The notes under the pieces were generated by a model. That model was not told the DNA's origin and searched no databases. It worked only from the letters and a program-made list of their open reading frames with translations. Made by a program: the position numbers and the translations under genes. DNA of 64,000 bases from NCBI RefSeq assembly GCF_009834535.1, contig NC_045696.1:36458001-36522000 (forward strand). Direction: 5' to 3'. Positions within the stretch are counted from its first letter, which is position 1. Every line of letters begins with the position of its first letter. The stretch is from Camelus ferus (Eukaryota). Shown in pieces: positions 1 through 12,610 of this stretch.

Positions 1-47
1 TGATCTCTTCAGTTTACAAAATAGGAAGCAAACCTATCTCACTAATG

Positions 48-243
48 CAGTGTTTCTCAACCGAGGGTAATTTGCCACCCCAGGGGACATTTGGCAATGT
101 CTGAAGATACATCTAGTTGTCACAGTTAGGGGAGGGGTACTACTGGCATCTGGTGGGTAGGGGTCGGGGCTGCTGCTACACCTCCTCATTATAATGAATT
201 ACCCAGACCAAAATGTCAGTACTGCCCTGGGAGAGAAACCCTG
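48..243 (+). mobile_element. MER20 hAT-Charlie non-autonomous DNA transposon
   Basis: Starts CAGTGTTTCTCAACC, ends GAGAAACCCTG (terminal inverted repeats); internal GGGGACATTTGGCAATGTCTG and CTACTGGCATCTGGTGGGTAG match recalled MER20 consensus. Confidence 0.9.
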
Positions 244-970
244 GTCTATGGTGATGCTGTGATGTGGTAGAAACAGGTCTAGAATCCAGGCTCTTTGACC
301 CCCAGATGTTGTGCTCATTTCAGTATGCTCCATTCTCTCCCCAAATCTAATGCCTGTAGAACAGGGGAAAGATTTGCAGCAGGAAAATGTGTTTTATGGC
401 TTCCTGTACCAACTAAGGAGGGTCAGTCTTGATCCTGGTATTGGGGAAAACTTTGCCTGCTGGCTTTTCACAGAGCTGAAAAAGCATTGGTTAAAGGGTG
501 TGATGGCACAAGATTGCAGGAGCAGGGATGGTGTTGAACTGCTCTGGAGAATAAAGTGTAATATAATGAACCTTGAGGAAATGTTTGTAAAATTAGAGTA
601 TGGGTGTGGGAGATGGGAAGGATAGGGGGTTGGTATTGAAAAAGGAATAACTTGTGGAAAAACTAGGGAGGTTTGTGGAGTAGAACATGGTGATAAATGA
701 GAATTGTAGAAGTGAAATGACGCACTCTTGGTGAAACAAACATATTCCATTTTCCCATCATTAAAACGTTGGTAAAATTTACATTGCTCTTTGATGCTTG
801 CAGGGTGTGAGTGTAGCCCACATTTGGTTATAAATTTACTAACAGTCTGGTCAAGAAAAAAAGATAATCTCTAAGTTTCAATTTTTAAGTCTCCTCCTGG
901 ATCTTAAGATACGTCCTAAAAAATGGAGGACTGGAAGTTCACAAAAAAGTTGGGTATCAACTTTTATATC

Positions 971-1098
971 TGGTGTGACCTCTGAAACCTAATTTTCTCA
1001 TCTGGAAAATAGGGATCATGATACTAGTCCTACATACTTTACAGATGTGTGATAAATTAGATAATGATGGCTTTGTCAACTGTAAAGTGATTTACAAA
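971..1098 (+). mobile_element. MIR SINE relic
   Basis: MIR core-like TTTTCTCATCTGGAAAATAGGGATCATGATACTAGTCCTAC; boundaries approximate. Confidence 0.65.
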
Positions 1099-1144
1099 AC
1101 CTTTAAATATCATCCATATTAATGACCCAAATTTCTGTTTCTAG

Positions 1145-2095
1145 CCCAGGATAATTTCAAAGTCACTGACCAGTCTTTCTAGTGCTAGTGCAGTACGAAT
1201 TGGAACTTGCTGTGAAATCTGGGGAGCCAGCACATCCACGCAATGAGAAGGGCAGCTGGTGTAGAAGTCTACGGAAGGCTGCAGCCTCTGCGTCTGGTGG
1301 TGGAGCCAGGATTGCTGTTGGCCAGCAGGGCCTGCTGTGGGGAAAATGAATCAGATGTGAGCAGAGAGGACAAGCTGGAACCACTGATACCTGCGTTTCT
1401 GCCTCTCACCTCATCCAATCAGAACGACCCTCAGAGAGTAATGGATGCTATTTCATTCCCACTGTGATGGTTAATTTTTTCTACTTGACTGGGCTAAGGG
1501 GTACCAGATAGCTGGTCAAACACTATTTCTGGATATGCCTGGAAGGGTGTTCCTGGAAGAGATTGGCATTTGAATCAGTAGACTGAGTGAAGAAGATCTT
1601 CCTCAGAAATCTGTTGAGGGCCCCAGTAGGACAAAAAGGTGGTGGAAGGGCAAATTTGCTCTTTGCTTGAACTGGGACATCCATCTTCGCCTGCCTGTGG
1701 ATATTGGCTCTTCTGGCTGTGGGGCTTCCACACTCAGACTGGGATTTGCATCACTGGCCCTCAAAGTTTCAGGCCTTTTGCACTCTGAGTTATTCTACTG
1801 GCTTTCTGGACTCTTCAGCTTACAGACAGCACATGGGACCTCTCAGCCTTCATAATCTGTGAGTCATTTCCTATAATAAATCTTCTCATAGATATGTATA
1901 TATTTATATCTATGTCTACAGATACATGTATCTATAGACACATATATCTCCTGTTGGTTCTGTTTCTCTAAAGAACTCTTACTATCGTGTCCCACTTCCC
2001 AATCGCCCACAAATTCAGCTTTGGGACAACTCTAACCGGCATCATACATCGAGGGGATCCCAGCTTCAACAGGTTAACACAGCACAAAACAACTT
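1145..2095 (-). mobile_element. Old ERVL-class LTR (LTR41-like), split by the MLT2 insertion
   Basis: GAGGACAAGCTGGAACC...GACCCTCAGAGAGTAATGGATGCT before and TTCCCAATCGCCCACAAATT...TTAACACAGCACAAAAC after the MLT2 resemble recalled LTR41 sequence. Confidence 0.5.
1463..1990 (+). mobile_element. MLT2 (ERVL) solo LTR
   Basis: Starts TGTGATGGTTAATTTT, contains CTTGACTGGGCTAAGG, AATAAA and GGTTCTGTTTCTCT near the 3' end; flanked by 5-bp TSD CCCAC (1458-1462, 1991-1995). Confidence 0.88.
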
Positions 2096-2236
2096 CAACC
2101 TCGTGTCGTCTACTTATTTAAGACGCTTGTTGGATATTGCGTCATTGTGAGTAAGCGTCTCCAAGGCAGAGGGATCTATTTTATTAAATCAAAGGTCCAA
2201 ACCACCAAAAACAGTGACTGGCACATACCAGGTACC

Positions 2237-2582
2237 TGTTATGGACTGAATGTGTCTCCCCCAAATTTATATGTTGGTATCCTAGCCATCATTATGATAG
2301 GAGGTGGGTGCCTTAGGGAGGTGTTTAGGTCAAGAAAGTGGAGCCCTCGTGAAGGGGATTAGTGCCCTTGAAAAGAAACCCCAGGGGGCTTGTCCCTTCC
2401 TTCTACCACGTAAAGACACGGTGTTGTCTGTGAGCCAGGAAGTGGGCTCTCATCAGACACCGAATCTGCTGGCACCGTGATCTTGAACTTCCAGCCTCCA
2501 GAACTGTAAGAGAGAAATGTTTGTTGTTTGAGACACCCAGCCTGTGGCATTTTTGTTTTAGCAGCCCAAACTGACTAAGACA
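2237..2582 (+). mobile_element. MLT1A-type MaLR solo LTR
   Basis: TGTTATGGACTGAATGTGTCTCCCCCAAATT start; TCTTGAACTTCCAGCCTCCAGAACTGTAAGA; ends GACTAAGACA. Confidence 0.9.
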
Positions 2583-3399
2583 GTGACTGATAACTATTTG
2601 TTGAAAAAATAGATAAATAAAGGGAAGAAGGAAGAAAGGTAGGAAAGGAGAATTGGCTGAAAAAAATGGGTTCATTTATCTAAATTCTTACATTTGGGAC
2701 CTTTGGAAACTGCCTTAACTTTGCAAATGCACTAGAAGTGCATTTTCACACATAGAAAACGCAGTAGATTGCATCTTAATAGCTTAAGGGAATTCCATTA
2801 ACCTTCAGATATTTCTGTTTTTACACAAAGAGATTGAGGGTGAATTCAGTGGAACTCACTTTAACATTATTGAGGACTTGCTGTGTGCCAAGAACTGAGC
2901 TGGGTTTGCAGATATTTGAAAGCATCAAAGTGTTTTTCAGGTCAGGATTGTTACTGTATCTAGGAAAAAAAGTGATTGCTGTTGGCACAACTTTTTGCCC
3001 GGTAAAATTTCATGCCAGGTGAAAATTTCTGCTGATCTCTGGCCATAGAAATTTTTTATCAACATGAGACTGACACACTGCCTGTTACACTATAAATTTT
3101 TATCAGTGTAAGTTTGCTTTTTTAGCTTAAAGTTGTTTGTTTTTTTAGAGCTCTCAGTTACAAAAACATGTTATTCCCGTCTATTAGTGAGCATGTTAAG
3201 GTAGTTTATCATATTCATTTAGGGGAGATCTAGGAGGAGGGCATAGGGCAAAGGAAGGTAGGGTGAAAGGTGATGGGAAAGGGGGGAGGGAGGAGACCAG
3301 AGGGAGGGCTGCCCCACTGACAGTTAATGGTAAGAGAATGGAGTCGCTGCCTGGCTGCAGAGAGAACCCAGTGTCACCACTGGGAGGGTGCTTGCCTAG

Positions 3400-4310
3400 G
3401 AAAAATTCTGCTTTTTCCTCAATATTACTACTACGCTCACAGTACTTCTGACACTAGGGGTGAGTGTTTTCCACACATCAAACAATTCTCCAACGCCAGC
3501 GGAGTGTCCTACAATTCAGTTCAGTTATACCTGGAGTTAGTACAGATCCCACAGGTTAAAATCTCAGTCCCACAAGACTACCCTTGGCTTTAGATGCCAG
3601 TTGCAAGTAGTGAGTCCTTAAGTTAACCACAATTTCTGACAACTTGGCTGCAAATCTGAGGTTCCTGTGACCCCTTCCTCAGTCATTTGCTAGAAGAGCT
3701 CACAAAACTCAGAGAAACACTTATTAACATTGACCAGTTTATTATCTAATAGGGATATGATAAGATATACAGATGAATAGCCAGATAGAGATCCACAGGT
3801 GAGGTCAGGGAGGGTCTTGGGCACTTCTTCCCTTTTGGAGTTGGGGTGAACCACCCTCCTGGTGCCTGGAAATGTTCACTGACCTTGAAGCTCTGAGAAA
3901 TCCACACTTTTGGGATTTTTATGCAGGTGTCATAATATAGGCATGATCTATCATTAATTCAATCTAAAACCTCTGTTCCCTTCTCAGAGGATGGGTGGTG
4001 GGGCAGAAAGTTCCAAGCTTCTAATCACAACTTGGTCTTTCTGGTGACCAGCCATCATCCTGATGCTCCCCAGGGGCCCACCAAGAGTTGCTTCATTGGA
4101 ACAAAATACACTCCTATCGCCCAGGAATGTCCGAAAGATTTAGGGGCTCCCTGTCAGGAATCAGGAGCCAGAGTTAAAGACCAAATATCAAAACAAAAGA
4201 TGCTCTTACTAGTGCTCTTATTACTCAGGAAATTACAAGGGACTTAGGAGCTCTGTACCAGGACCCAGGGGCAGAGACCAATATGTATATGTATTTTCTT
4301 ATTTCACTGT
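3400..4310 (-). mobile_element. MER21-like LTR
   Basis: Reverse complement starts ...AATAAGAAAATACATATACATATTGGTCTCTGCCCCTGGGTCCTGGTACAGAGCTCCTAAGTCCCTTGTAATTTCCTGAGT; also CAGATCCCACAGGTTAA and CTCAGTCCCACAAGACT typical of MER21. Confidence 0.75.
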
Positions 4311-4451
4311 GCCTGAAGCAGATTTCATATTTGGCTTCTATCTGGCCCTACACTAATCACTCCAGGGATAAAAAAAGATATTCAGCACATTCCTATGTGC
4401 AAAAGCTGTATAATTTCTATAAAATATATCTCTGCATGAATTCATTCAGAA

Positions 4452-4785
4452 GAGTGGATCTTAAAATCTGATCTGTGAACTCTTGCAGGTCCCTAAAACA
4501 CATCTGGGATTTTCCAGGTCAAAACTATCTTCCCAGCAATGCTAGAACATTATTTGCCCCTCACAGCAGTGTACAATAGAACTTTCTAGAGACTAAATGA
4601 TGTGTGATGACCTTATTGATTTGACAGCTAATAGAATGTGTGCTTGTGCATTCTTGTATTTAAAAAATGAATCACCTTTAATTTCTGATAGCTATATCCC
4701 ACATAAATGAAAGCTCTTTGGAGTCTTCAGTAACTATTTTAAAAATGTGAAATGATTCTGGGACTAAGAAATTTGAGAACTGTTA
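4452..4785 (+). mobile_element. hAT-Charlie family non-autonomous DNA transposon relic
   Basis: GGTCAAAACTATCTT, CCCACATAAATGAAAGCTCTTTGGAGTC and terminal AAATTTGAGAACTG resemble Charlie-derived MERs; subfamily not assigned. Confidence 0.65.
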
Positions 4786-6334
4786 ATTTAGCTGCTTCTA
4801 AAACTGGTTGGGATATTTGACAAGATGAGATTGCTCAGGACCTTTTGTTTTCATTTCTTCTGGTTTCCCTTTCCTTACTTTAGAACTCATAGACTTAGAT
4901 CCCAAAGGAAAAGGAGGAGAAAATCTTGTTAGAGCATTTTATGCCATTCAAAGACTTTTAGATCTAAAATCAAATGAGAGCAAATGGATTTTTTTGTGGC
5001 AGAACCAGCCTTTTCAACATTAATCTTTTGCATCTTTAATCAGCTGTAAAATAGGACGAGGAACTAGCTAAATAGGCAATAGATATTTATGCCCATCTTA
5101 CAGGAAGGCAATAGGAATCCCAATTCTCCAGCCAATCAGAGCAGAATAATTCTCCTACCTCAAATTAAGAGTTGTGCTAACTCTTGACAAAGTTGTGAAC
5201 GCCCCAGTGGGTAGGTCTGTGGACCCTGGGAAAAATAGTGGTGGCCAGGAAATATGACGCCGAATGACCCATTTTAAGATGCCACTGCTGAATGTGTGTG
5301 TCACATCTAGCTTTCCCTAAGCAGTACAGACTGTATCCTAAATTGTACTCTTGTTCGCAATAAAAAGATAAACCGACACTGAGCAATTATCTGAAGATTG
5401 CATGCACGATTTATCTTTATTTAGAAAGACCTACAAAATTGAATTTTCATGAATTATAGAGGTGATTAAGGCTATCAGCTTACATGTTTTGAATAATTTA
5501 GATAATAGATCTCTAGTCTTCTTGGAAATACGTGGGACACTCTGGGGAGTGACTTCAGCACAATAAATACGCCGTAATTGTGGAAATAGGTAATGCCCAC
5601 CTCCAAGAAGTTGACTCTTTTTGCATCCCTCTGTTTTATCTGCATGGAACATGGAAGGCCTGCTCTTTGCAGTTGTAGTTTTGAATTTCATTTTTTGGCT
5701 GGTTTCTCATGTGTTTTCAAAAAGAAAAGCTGAAAATGTGTGGTCACATCATTGTATACTTTAAAAGTACATTTATTACAAAGTAGCTAAAGTGAAGATG
5801 TGATATGAAATGGGAAATAATGCCTATTTTCTCTCTCTCTCTCTTTTTTCTTTACCTTTTGTTCTTGGAATCTTAAATGTAAAGAATTAAGGTAATCACA
5901 TTCTGAAGTTCCTGGCATACTATTCCCATCAGTTTTGGTAAAATCTGCTTTTTGTTTGGTTTTATTGATGCTTCCCTCTCCATTCTTGATTCTCCTTCCC
6001 TCTCCCCTCCTCTCACAGTCACCCACTGTAATAGGTTTGAGAGGGAGATGAACAAATCCTTGTCATAGAGATCGTGTTGTTTATGTGGGAGGCATTTTTA
6101 AATTTACTTTGGTGGTATTATGTTTTAGAGCTCATTTTATAGCTCACTCTTTTTACTGAATACTGTGTTTTAAGAAATCTTTGTTTCAATAAAACATGTT
6201 CATTGCTGCTAACTGCTATAAAATATCCTATAGAATATATCTGCCCCATCTTAGTTGTTTCTTTAGTGATGAGCGCCAGACTCCACACCCCATTGGTTAG
6301 TTTTTTGTCCTTTTTTTTCCTTCAGAATTTAAAT

Positions 6335-6450
6335 TACATAGAGGCAGGGCTTTCTGTGTGTCTTATTTACTGCTGTATCCCCAGCACTCAGAAGAATGTC
6401 TGGCACATAGTAGGGGGCTTAAGAAAGTTTTGTTGAATCAACAAATTAAC
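6335..6450 (+). mobile_element. L2 LINE 3' end
   Basis: GAGGCAGGG...TGCTGTATCCCCAGCAC...TGGCACATAGTAGG...TTGTTGAAT. Confidence 0.8.
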
Positions 6451-9400
6451 TCGTTTGCATTTGGTTAACATGTGGAATATAGAGATAAATTAAAACTGCT
6501 TAAGTGTTAACTTCCTTGGAATATTCTACCCTGAATTCCTGGCCTGGGTTAGGTTTCCTTATACACTTATGATATCCTGAACTTTTCTATGAAAGCACCA
6601 ATTACAGTGTTTGTCATCACTTACAGTGACTGTCCCGCTTTCTTGATTCACCTTCCTACTCTGTGCATTTGTTGCTGTCTAACACAGACACTTAGCTTCA
6701 CTATGCTTTTACGCTATCGTGTGTCAGTCTCTTCCACAGGGTCTCACTGGCGTGTGATTCTTGACCATGAGAGAGAGAGGTGGCAATAGCATTGGTTTTG
6801 GGAGTGGGAGAATCCTAAAATCTCCATTGGCATCAGCCCTGAACCTGGGCAAATAAGTGGTTAACCACTATGTAAGTACAGCCTGAGAGTGAGTTCTCCG
6901 GTTCCCTTTCCCCCTGCCCTTTCCCCACCAGGCTGCTTCCCTAAGCCAGTTCCCTATAGAAATTCTGGAGCAGCCTCTACTGAGGCTAATAAACTTTGAC
7001 TCTGTAGTTTCTAAATGTCGTCAGTGAGGCAGAGTATTGTGATTTTCTCTATTCTTCAAACTACAGTTTTGAGACTTTTTTATTCTAGGAAGGCTGTTAG
7101 AACAGAAGGAATGTGGGTGAGAGAAAGAGGGAAGGGATCAGAAAAAAAAGTGAACATGATGTTCACAAGAAACATTTTTTTTCCAAATATTAAAAGTATT
7201 AAAATGCTCAGCAAGTTGCATTTGAGAAGAACGCTCACTTGAATTACTCTCAGGGTGCTCGCTTGCTGTAGAAAGATGTATGGATTTATGCAGTGGGAGA
7301 ACCTGGCTCAATTTGTGGCTTGAACCTAATCAATGAAGTAGCGTACTCAGCAAGGCTGAGTGTAGTCTTCACTTCTCTGGCTAAACTGTAATTTATCAAA
7401 AATAAATTCAAGATTCACATTGTTAAGTATCACCCACTGGTGCAGGGTTAATTATATAAACTTCAAAATATGCGAGCCGTCTTCATAGATAAATTAGTAG
7501 CTGTCATAAAATCTAATGACAGAAGAAAGATGCTCACAGGCTGACAATTTCTGGGAGTCAGGAGTACATAGAAAAATGTAGTTTAAACATTCATTCTCTA
7601 GTTTAAACACTAATTGGTTAGTAGTTTGATCACAGACATTGATATTGTTGACCTCATTAGCTTCACTGTATCTCAACATGTTAAAAATTCAGGGGAAAAA
7701 ATAAGTGCATAATGTAGAAATTAGACTTTGAAAATGTTCTGTTGTTTTGAAAGCTCAATTAGGAATGAAATGTCAGTTATGTAGTGTGAGGTTTTTGGGA
7801 ACTAGTTTTGCAGCAATCTGACATTCACTTTCAAGTAGAAATCATGTAATATCTGACAGTAGTTTTTCACTTGGTTCTCTTTTAAATGGCATTAGATCTG
7901 TTTTCTTCCCTTCTTTCCTCCCAACCTCCCTTCCTCTCTCTCTTTCTCTCTCTTTTTTTTTTTCTTGGGGGGTGGGTGGCTGGACTTGGGGGACCAGGTA
8001 GAAATGTACTCTAGGTTTCTAATATTTAGAAGTGTGAGTGTATGTGGCAATGAAGAGTCTTTATTGAAAATTTTAGTGGAATATTCTTAACTTTTTCTCT
8101 CTTTTTTCCTGAGCTCTTTCACCTGAGGACAACATTTAAAAATCATTCTTTTAAAAATATTTTTAAAAATTGAAATTAAAGGAAGAAAAAGTTATATTCT
8201 TTGTGAGCTGAGAGACAGATTGTGTGCCCAGGCTATGGTGATTCAGGGGGACCCACATGAACCCAGAGTTGCTATGGACAAATGGGATGTATTTGTCGGG
8301 CAGTAGCTCTGGGAGGGAACTGTTGAGCATGTGCTAATCTGTCTCAGAGTCCCCTTCCCCAGAGGATCCTCCCAGACCTTCTCCTGCTTCCATCCTCCTC
8401 CCTAGCCACATGCACCTCCTGATTCACAAAGGTTTGTTATCTTCTAATATTCACCCCACTTCAAGCCTCTATGCTTATTATAAAGCTTGGACCACCCCTT
8501 CCTTTACAACACCTATACCTCCTGTTGCACTTAAAAGTTCTTTCAAGCTTGATATTACCTGTATAAAATGTTAAACAATGCGTGTTTTTACTTAATCTGA
8601 TAATTAAGAAAGAAAAGTTATTTATAAGAGTTGCTCCTTAGGTATGTACATTTATTTCCTAAACTCCATTCTCCATCATGAATATGAAGATGATAATTTA
8701 AAATTTAAGACTAATTTCAGACATATATTCAACTAACAGGGACTTTATTGAAAGGGGCTGTAACACAGCTCATTGAAATGTCTGATTGAGGTGTTTAAAT
8801 ACATTTTCAGACTCAGAATTTCAGGAATTTTTAAAGGAAGGAGAATTTTAACATTGAATAGTCTAGTGGTTTTCAAAATTTGGAAAGGAAAGTGGGACCA
8901 AATCCTGTTTTCGAATAAATTCCTGCAGAAGAGAAAAGCAGAGCTGCCTTGGCAATGAATGCTGCCCATGGTCCTCTCCTTTTGTTCTCTGTGGAACCAC
9001 AGGGCTTTATTAAACCTCACTTAAAAGCCAGTTAGTGTGTTCAGATTTGTTTCTGTTTTGACTCTTAAATAAATATTTCTTTTGGTCTAACATTCTGTTG
9101 CTACAGTGTGGAGTCCTCTGCAGAGGAACTGAGACCTGGTCTTCCCTGGATGGGGAGAGCTAGTTTTGTAGAATCCTGCCAAGGCCACTTATTCCACCTA
9201 CTTCTTTTGCTGCATCTGCAAGCTCTCATCAAGTCTAACCAAGCAGTCCACTAACAGCTTTTGCATTTATCCTTTCTTTTCTATTTCTTCAGCTACTGTC
9301 AATATTCTAAACAGTCTTCCTGTTTCTGGTCTCTGAGCAATTCAAATGCTTCAGTATCAGGGATAGACTACATTTATCACAAGTAGATAGTAAATTTAAA

Positions 9401-9605
9401 GCCCTCAGTTTCCTTAACAGCAAGTAAACCTGTACACACTAGCCATAAGACAAGTCAACATTGAGTGGACGAGACTTTGCACTGCTACCAAACAATCTGG
9501 GTAGGATACTGGTCCTCCCTGTAGCAGATCCCATCACAAACGATGAACATCTTCAAGAAGACATGGGCTAAGTGAGAAAAACAGTGATTTTAGAGGCTTA
9601 CATTC

Positions 9606-9989
9606 TGCTATGAACTGAAGTGTTTTCCCCCAAAATTCATACACTAAAGCTCTGACCCCTCAGATTATGACTGTCTTTGGAGACAGAACCTTTAAAGAAG
9701 TAATTAAGACTAAATGATGTCGTATGGGTCTGTCCTAATCCAATATGACCAGTGTCTTTATAAGAAGAAGGAAAGACACCCGGGATGCATGTGCACAGAA
9801 AAAAGGCATGTGAGGACAGAGCAAGGAGGCCCCACCTGCAAGCCAGGGAGAGAGGCCTTAAGAGAAGGCAAGTCTGCTGACACTTTGATCTAAAACCTCC
9901 AGCCTCCAGAACTGTGAGAAAATAAGCTTTTGTTGTTAAGCCATTCAGCCTGTGGTATACAGTTATGGCAATCCTGGCAAACTAATACA
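9606..9989 (+). mobile_element. MLT1B-type MaLR solo LTR
   Basis: TGCTATGAACTGAA start, CCTAATCCAATATGAC, CCAGCCTCCAGAACTGTGAGAAAATAA, ends AACTAATACA. Confidence 0.9.
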
Positions 9990-10215
9990 GAATCTGAATG
10001 AAAGTTGCGTTTCTTTGTTATTGAAAAAAAATTTCATCAATTTTTAAAAGGATATATATATAATTCTAAAATTTGATTCAGAAAAGAACTAAATGCTAAT
10101 GTTGAGGAGGGACTTTTTAACATTCATCATGCCTGTCTCCTGCTTAATGCCTACAAAGTAGGGATGATAAAAACCTGGTATATTTCTCTCTTCCCTACCC
10201 ATCAGAAATGCTGTT

Positions 10216-10581
10216 CTTTAAAAAATTTTTTTAATATATTTTTATTGAAGTACAGTCAGTTTACAATGTTGTGTCAATTTCTGGTGTACAGCACAATGCT
10301 TCAGTCACATAGGAACATACATACATTCGTTCTCTTATTCTTCTTCACCATAGGTTACTACAAGATATTGAATATGGTTCCCTGTGCTATACAGTATAAA
10401 CTTGTTGTTTATCAGATTTTGTGGGAGTCTTTCTGGATTTTGGAATGAGAGATACTCTGCCAAAGTTCAGTAGGTGTTCTGTGTGATTCAGTGGGTTTGT
10501 AGATGTAATTCTTGGTGTATTTGTGGAAGAGGGTGAGCTGTGAGTATCTCTACTCCACCATCTTGGCTCCACCCTCCTTTC
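10216..10581 (-). mobile_element. Bipartite mini-L1: L1 5' end (~10413-10577) fused to L1 3' end (~10232-10412); probable retrotransposed spliced L1 RNA
   Basis: 10413-10577 aligns by eye with the first ~160 nt of the full-length L1 (24308-24467); 10232-10412 aligns with the L1 3'UTR at 53698-53870; degenerate TSD candidate CAGAAATGCTGTT (10203-10215) / CATAAATACCGTT (10582-10594). Confidence 0.85.
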
Positions 10582-11409
10582 CATAAATACCGTTAATCAA
10601 ACAATTTGCATTTTTCCAACTGAGCCTGTAACCACTTCTGAATCCTTTAAGAAATATTTGAGAATAAATTAAATGTTATAAAAATAGGTTAAGTCCTCTT
10701 TGTATCCCAGGTTAAGATATCAGAGCAATTCATCAAATGAATACTTAATTTCTGAGTTTATTCCAGATTTATAAAATATTAGCAGTCAAATAGATCTTGG
10801 GGCTTGACAGTACAAAGCTTTAATTTTTCTCAGCATAAATGTTATAAATATTTAGAAGCATTTCCATACTGCTTATTTGGAACATTTTAATCTTGTCTGG
10901 TTCTTAAGTTCTCCCAGGCTTAATCATCTTTCCTTTAATCTGTAATAATGTATATGTATGGAGAATTTAGCTGTCTCTCTTGTTTTATTCCCCATAATCT
11001 CTATTTTTTTCTCCTACCTGGAGTGAGTCAGAAGGCTTATGTCACTGTATATCTGCTCATTTTTTGCCGTAAGTGTCTGAATTCTAGTAGGACATATCTT
11101 GCAGAAATACATATATGCTGTATAAATTCCTTGACTAGGAAAATACATAATTTTATTACCTTCTTATTTTTCCTCATTTCCTTCTGAGTGTGGTTTCAAT
11201 GGATGTAGAGTTTGGAGTTTTAATCCCTGAATTTAATCCCTAAATTCCTAATATTGTACCATTGCAGAAAAGAATATGTCCAGAGTTAGCAACAAAGATC
11301 ATTTAAGGAGCATCTGAATATATTTTAAATACAGTTGTTTGTCATAACATCTGATGAGAACTGCCCACCAAAGTGAAACTCAATTTCTAACGGGAATCTA
11401 TCATTTTTG

Positions 11410-11431
11410 AAAAAAAAAAAAAAAAAAAAAA
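11410..11431 (+). repeat. poly(A) run (22 nt)
   Basis: Direct observation; no associated retroelement body or TSD seen. Confidence 0.9.
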
Positions 11432-12610
11432 GAATAATGTCAAACTGTCACAAGGTTAATGACTTCACCTTAATAATTTTGATAAATGGCAACTGTTTCA
11501 TCGATGTTATAAAGACACATGATAAATTTTAAAAGACCTTACAATTGCCTTGCCTTTTGTTCCCCAGCAAAATCCAACAGGACTTCCTGTTTCAGAAAAA
11601 AAACTCTTTAAGATCATTTAGTTGATATTCCCTCAGGTATGAAACATGTCTGTTGCATAGTTAACTGATGAATTGATCTAATTTTATCAGCAAAATTAAA
11701 TTTTATCTTTTATCTAGGTAGGTGTTTTAAAGATTCCTGTGTGAAAACCTCAGCTAATGAGTAGTCTGCATAATAGTTTGTTTTATTAGATGATTATTTG
11801 CAAATTAATTCCTGCTTGGAGAGCCATATATTTTTCTTCTCATAGAGAAAACCATTATGTTTCAAATATATCAGAAAGATACGAGAGATCACTAAATGAC
11901 AACATAGAATCTTAAATTAGACATTTACCCCCAAACAAAAACAAAAACAAAACCAACCCACAATAGTACTGAAATTTTACATCTGAGAAGGAGCCAGATT
12001 GATTGTTTTTGCATGACTTTACACTGTGCCTCTTTAACTGTATGGCTTCTTTATGATCAGGTATTTTGGGGTCAGATATTTTCATAGGGGGTGCTCTGCT
12101 TTGCAATGCAAAGTTATGGAGTTTGGAGTTTTAATCCTTAAAATATCATGCAGTGATTTAAGATTGGGCAACAAACAAGGTAGCTCATGTAGCTGTGGCC
12201 TTTGAGGGTTAACCCTTCTCAGAGTAAGTGCTGGTCCTTGACAGGGTCCAGGGAAAATGTGATCTCTTCTCTGAGTTCTAATTGATTGAATTTCAATTTA
12301 AAAGAGTTTTTAGACACTTTTGGGTAAAGGAAAGGAAGGCTGGGAAACATTTTGTGAGTTGGGAAATTAGTGCAGTTTACTTGCACAGTAGGACTAGCCA
12401 GTAACTTGAATATGGATAAAACTGAAAATTAACAACATTGCTGAAACCCAGATTGTTTTTATGTCTATTTGTGTGAGATGTTTCTGAAGAAGGCTACCAG
12501 GGAAGTGGGATCTGGAATTCAGCGGATGGACAGGATTGGCCACTAAGCAGCTGTGCACCTTGGAAGTCACTTCACGTCTTTGATATTATTTCATAGTAAA
12601 TTAGGAACAC

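Noticed and set aside
311..750. Overlapping 104-aa and 118-aa ORFs
   Set aside because: No domain similarity, splice structure or codon bias evident
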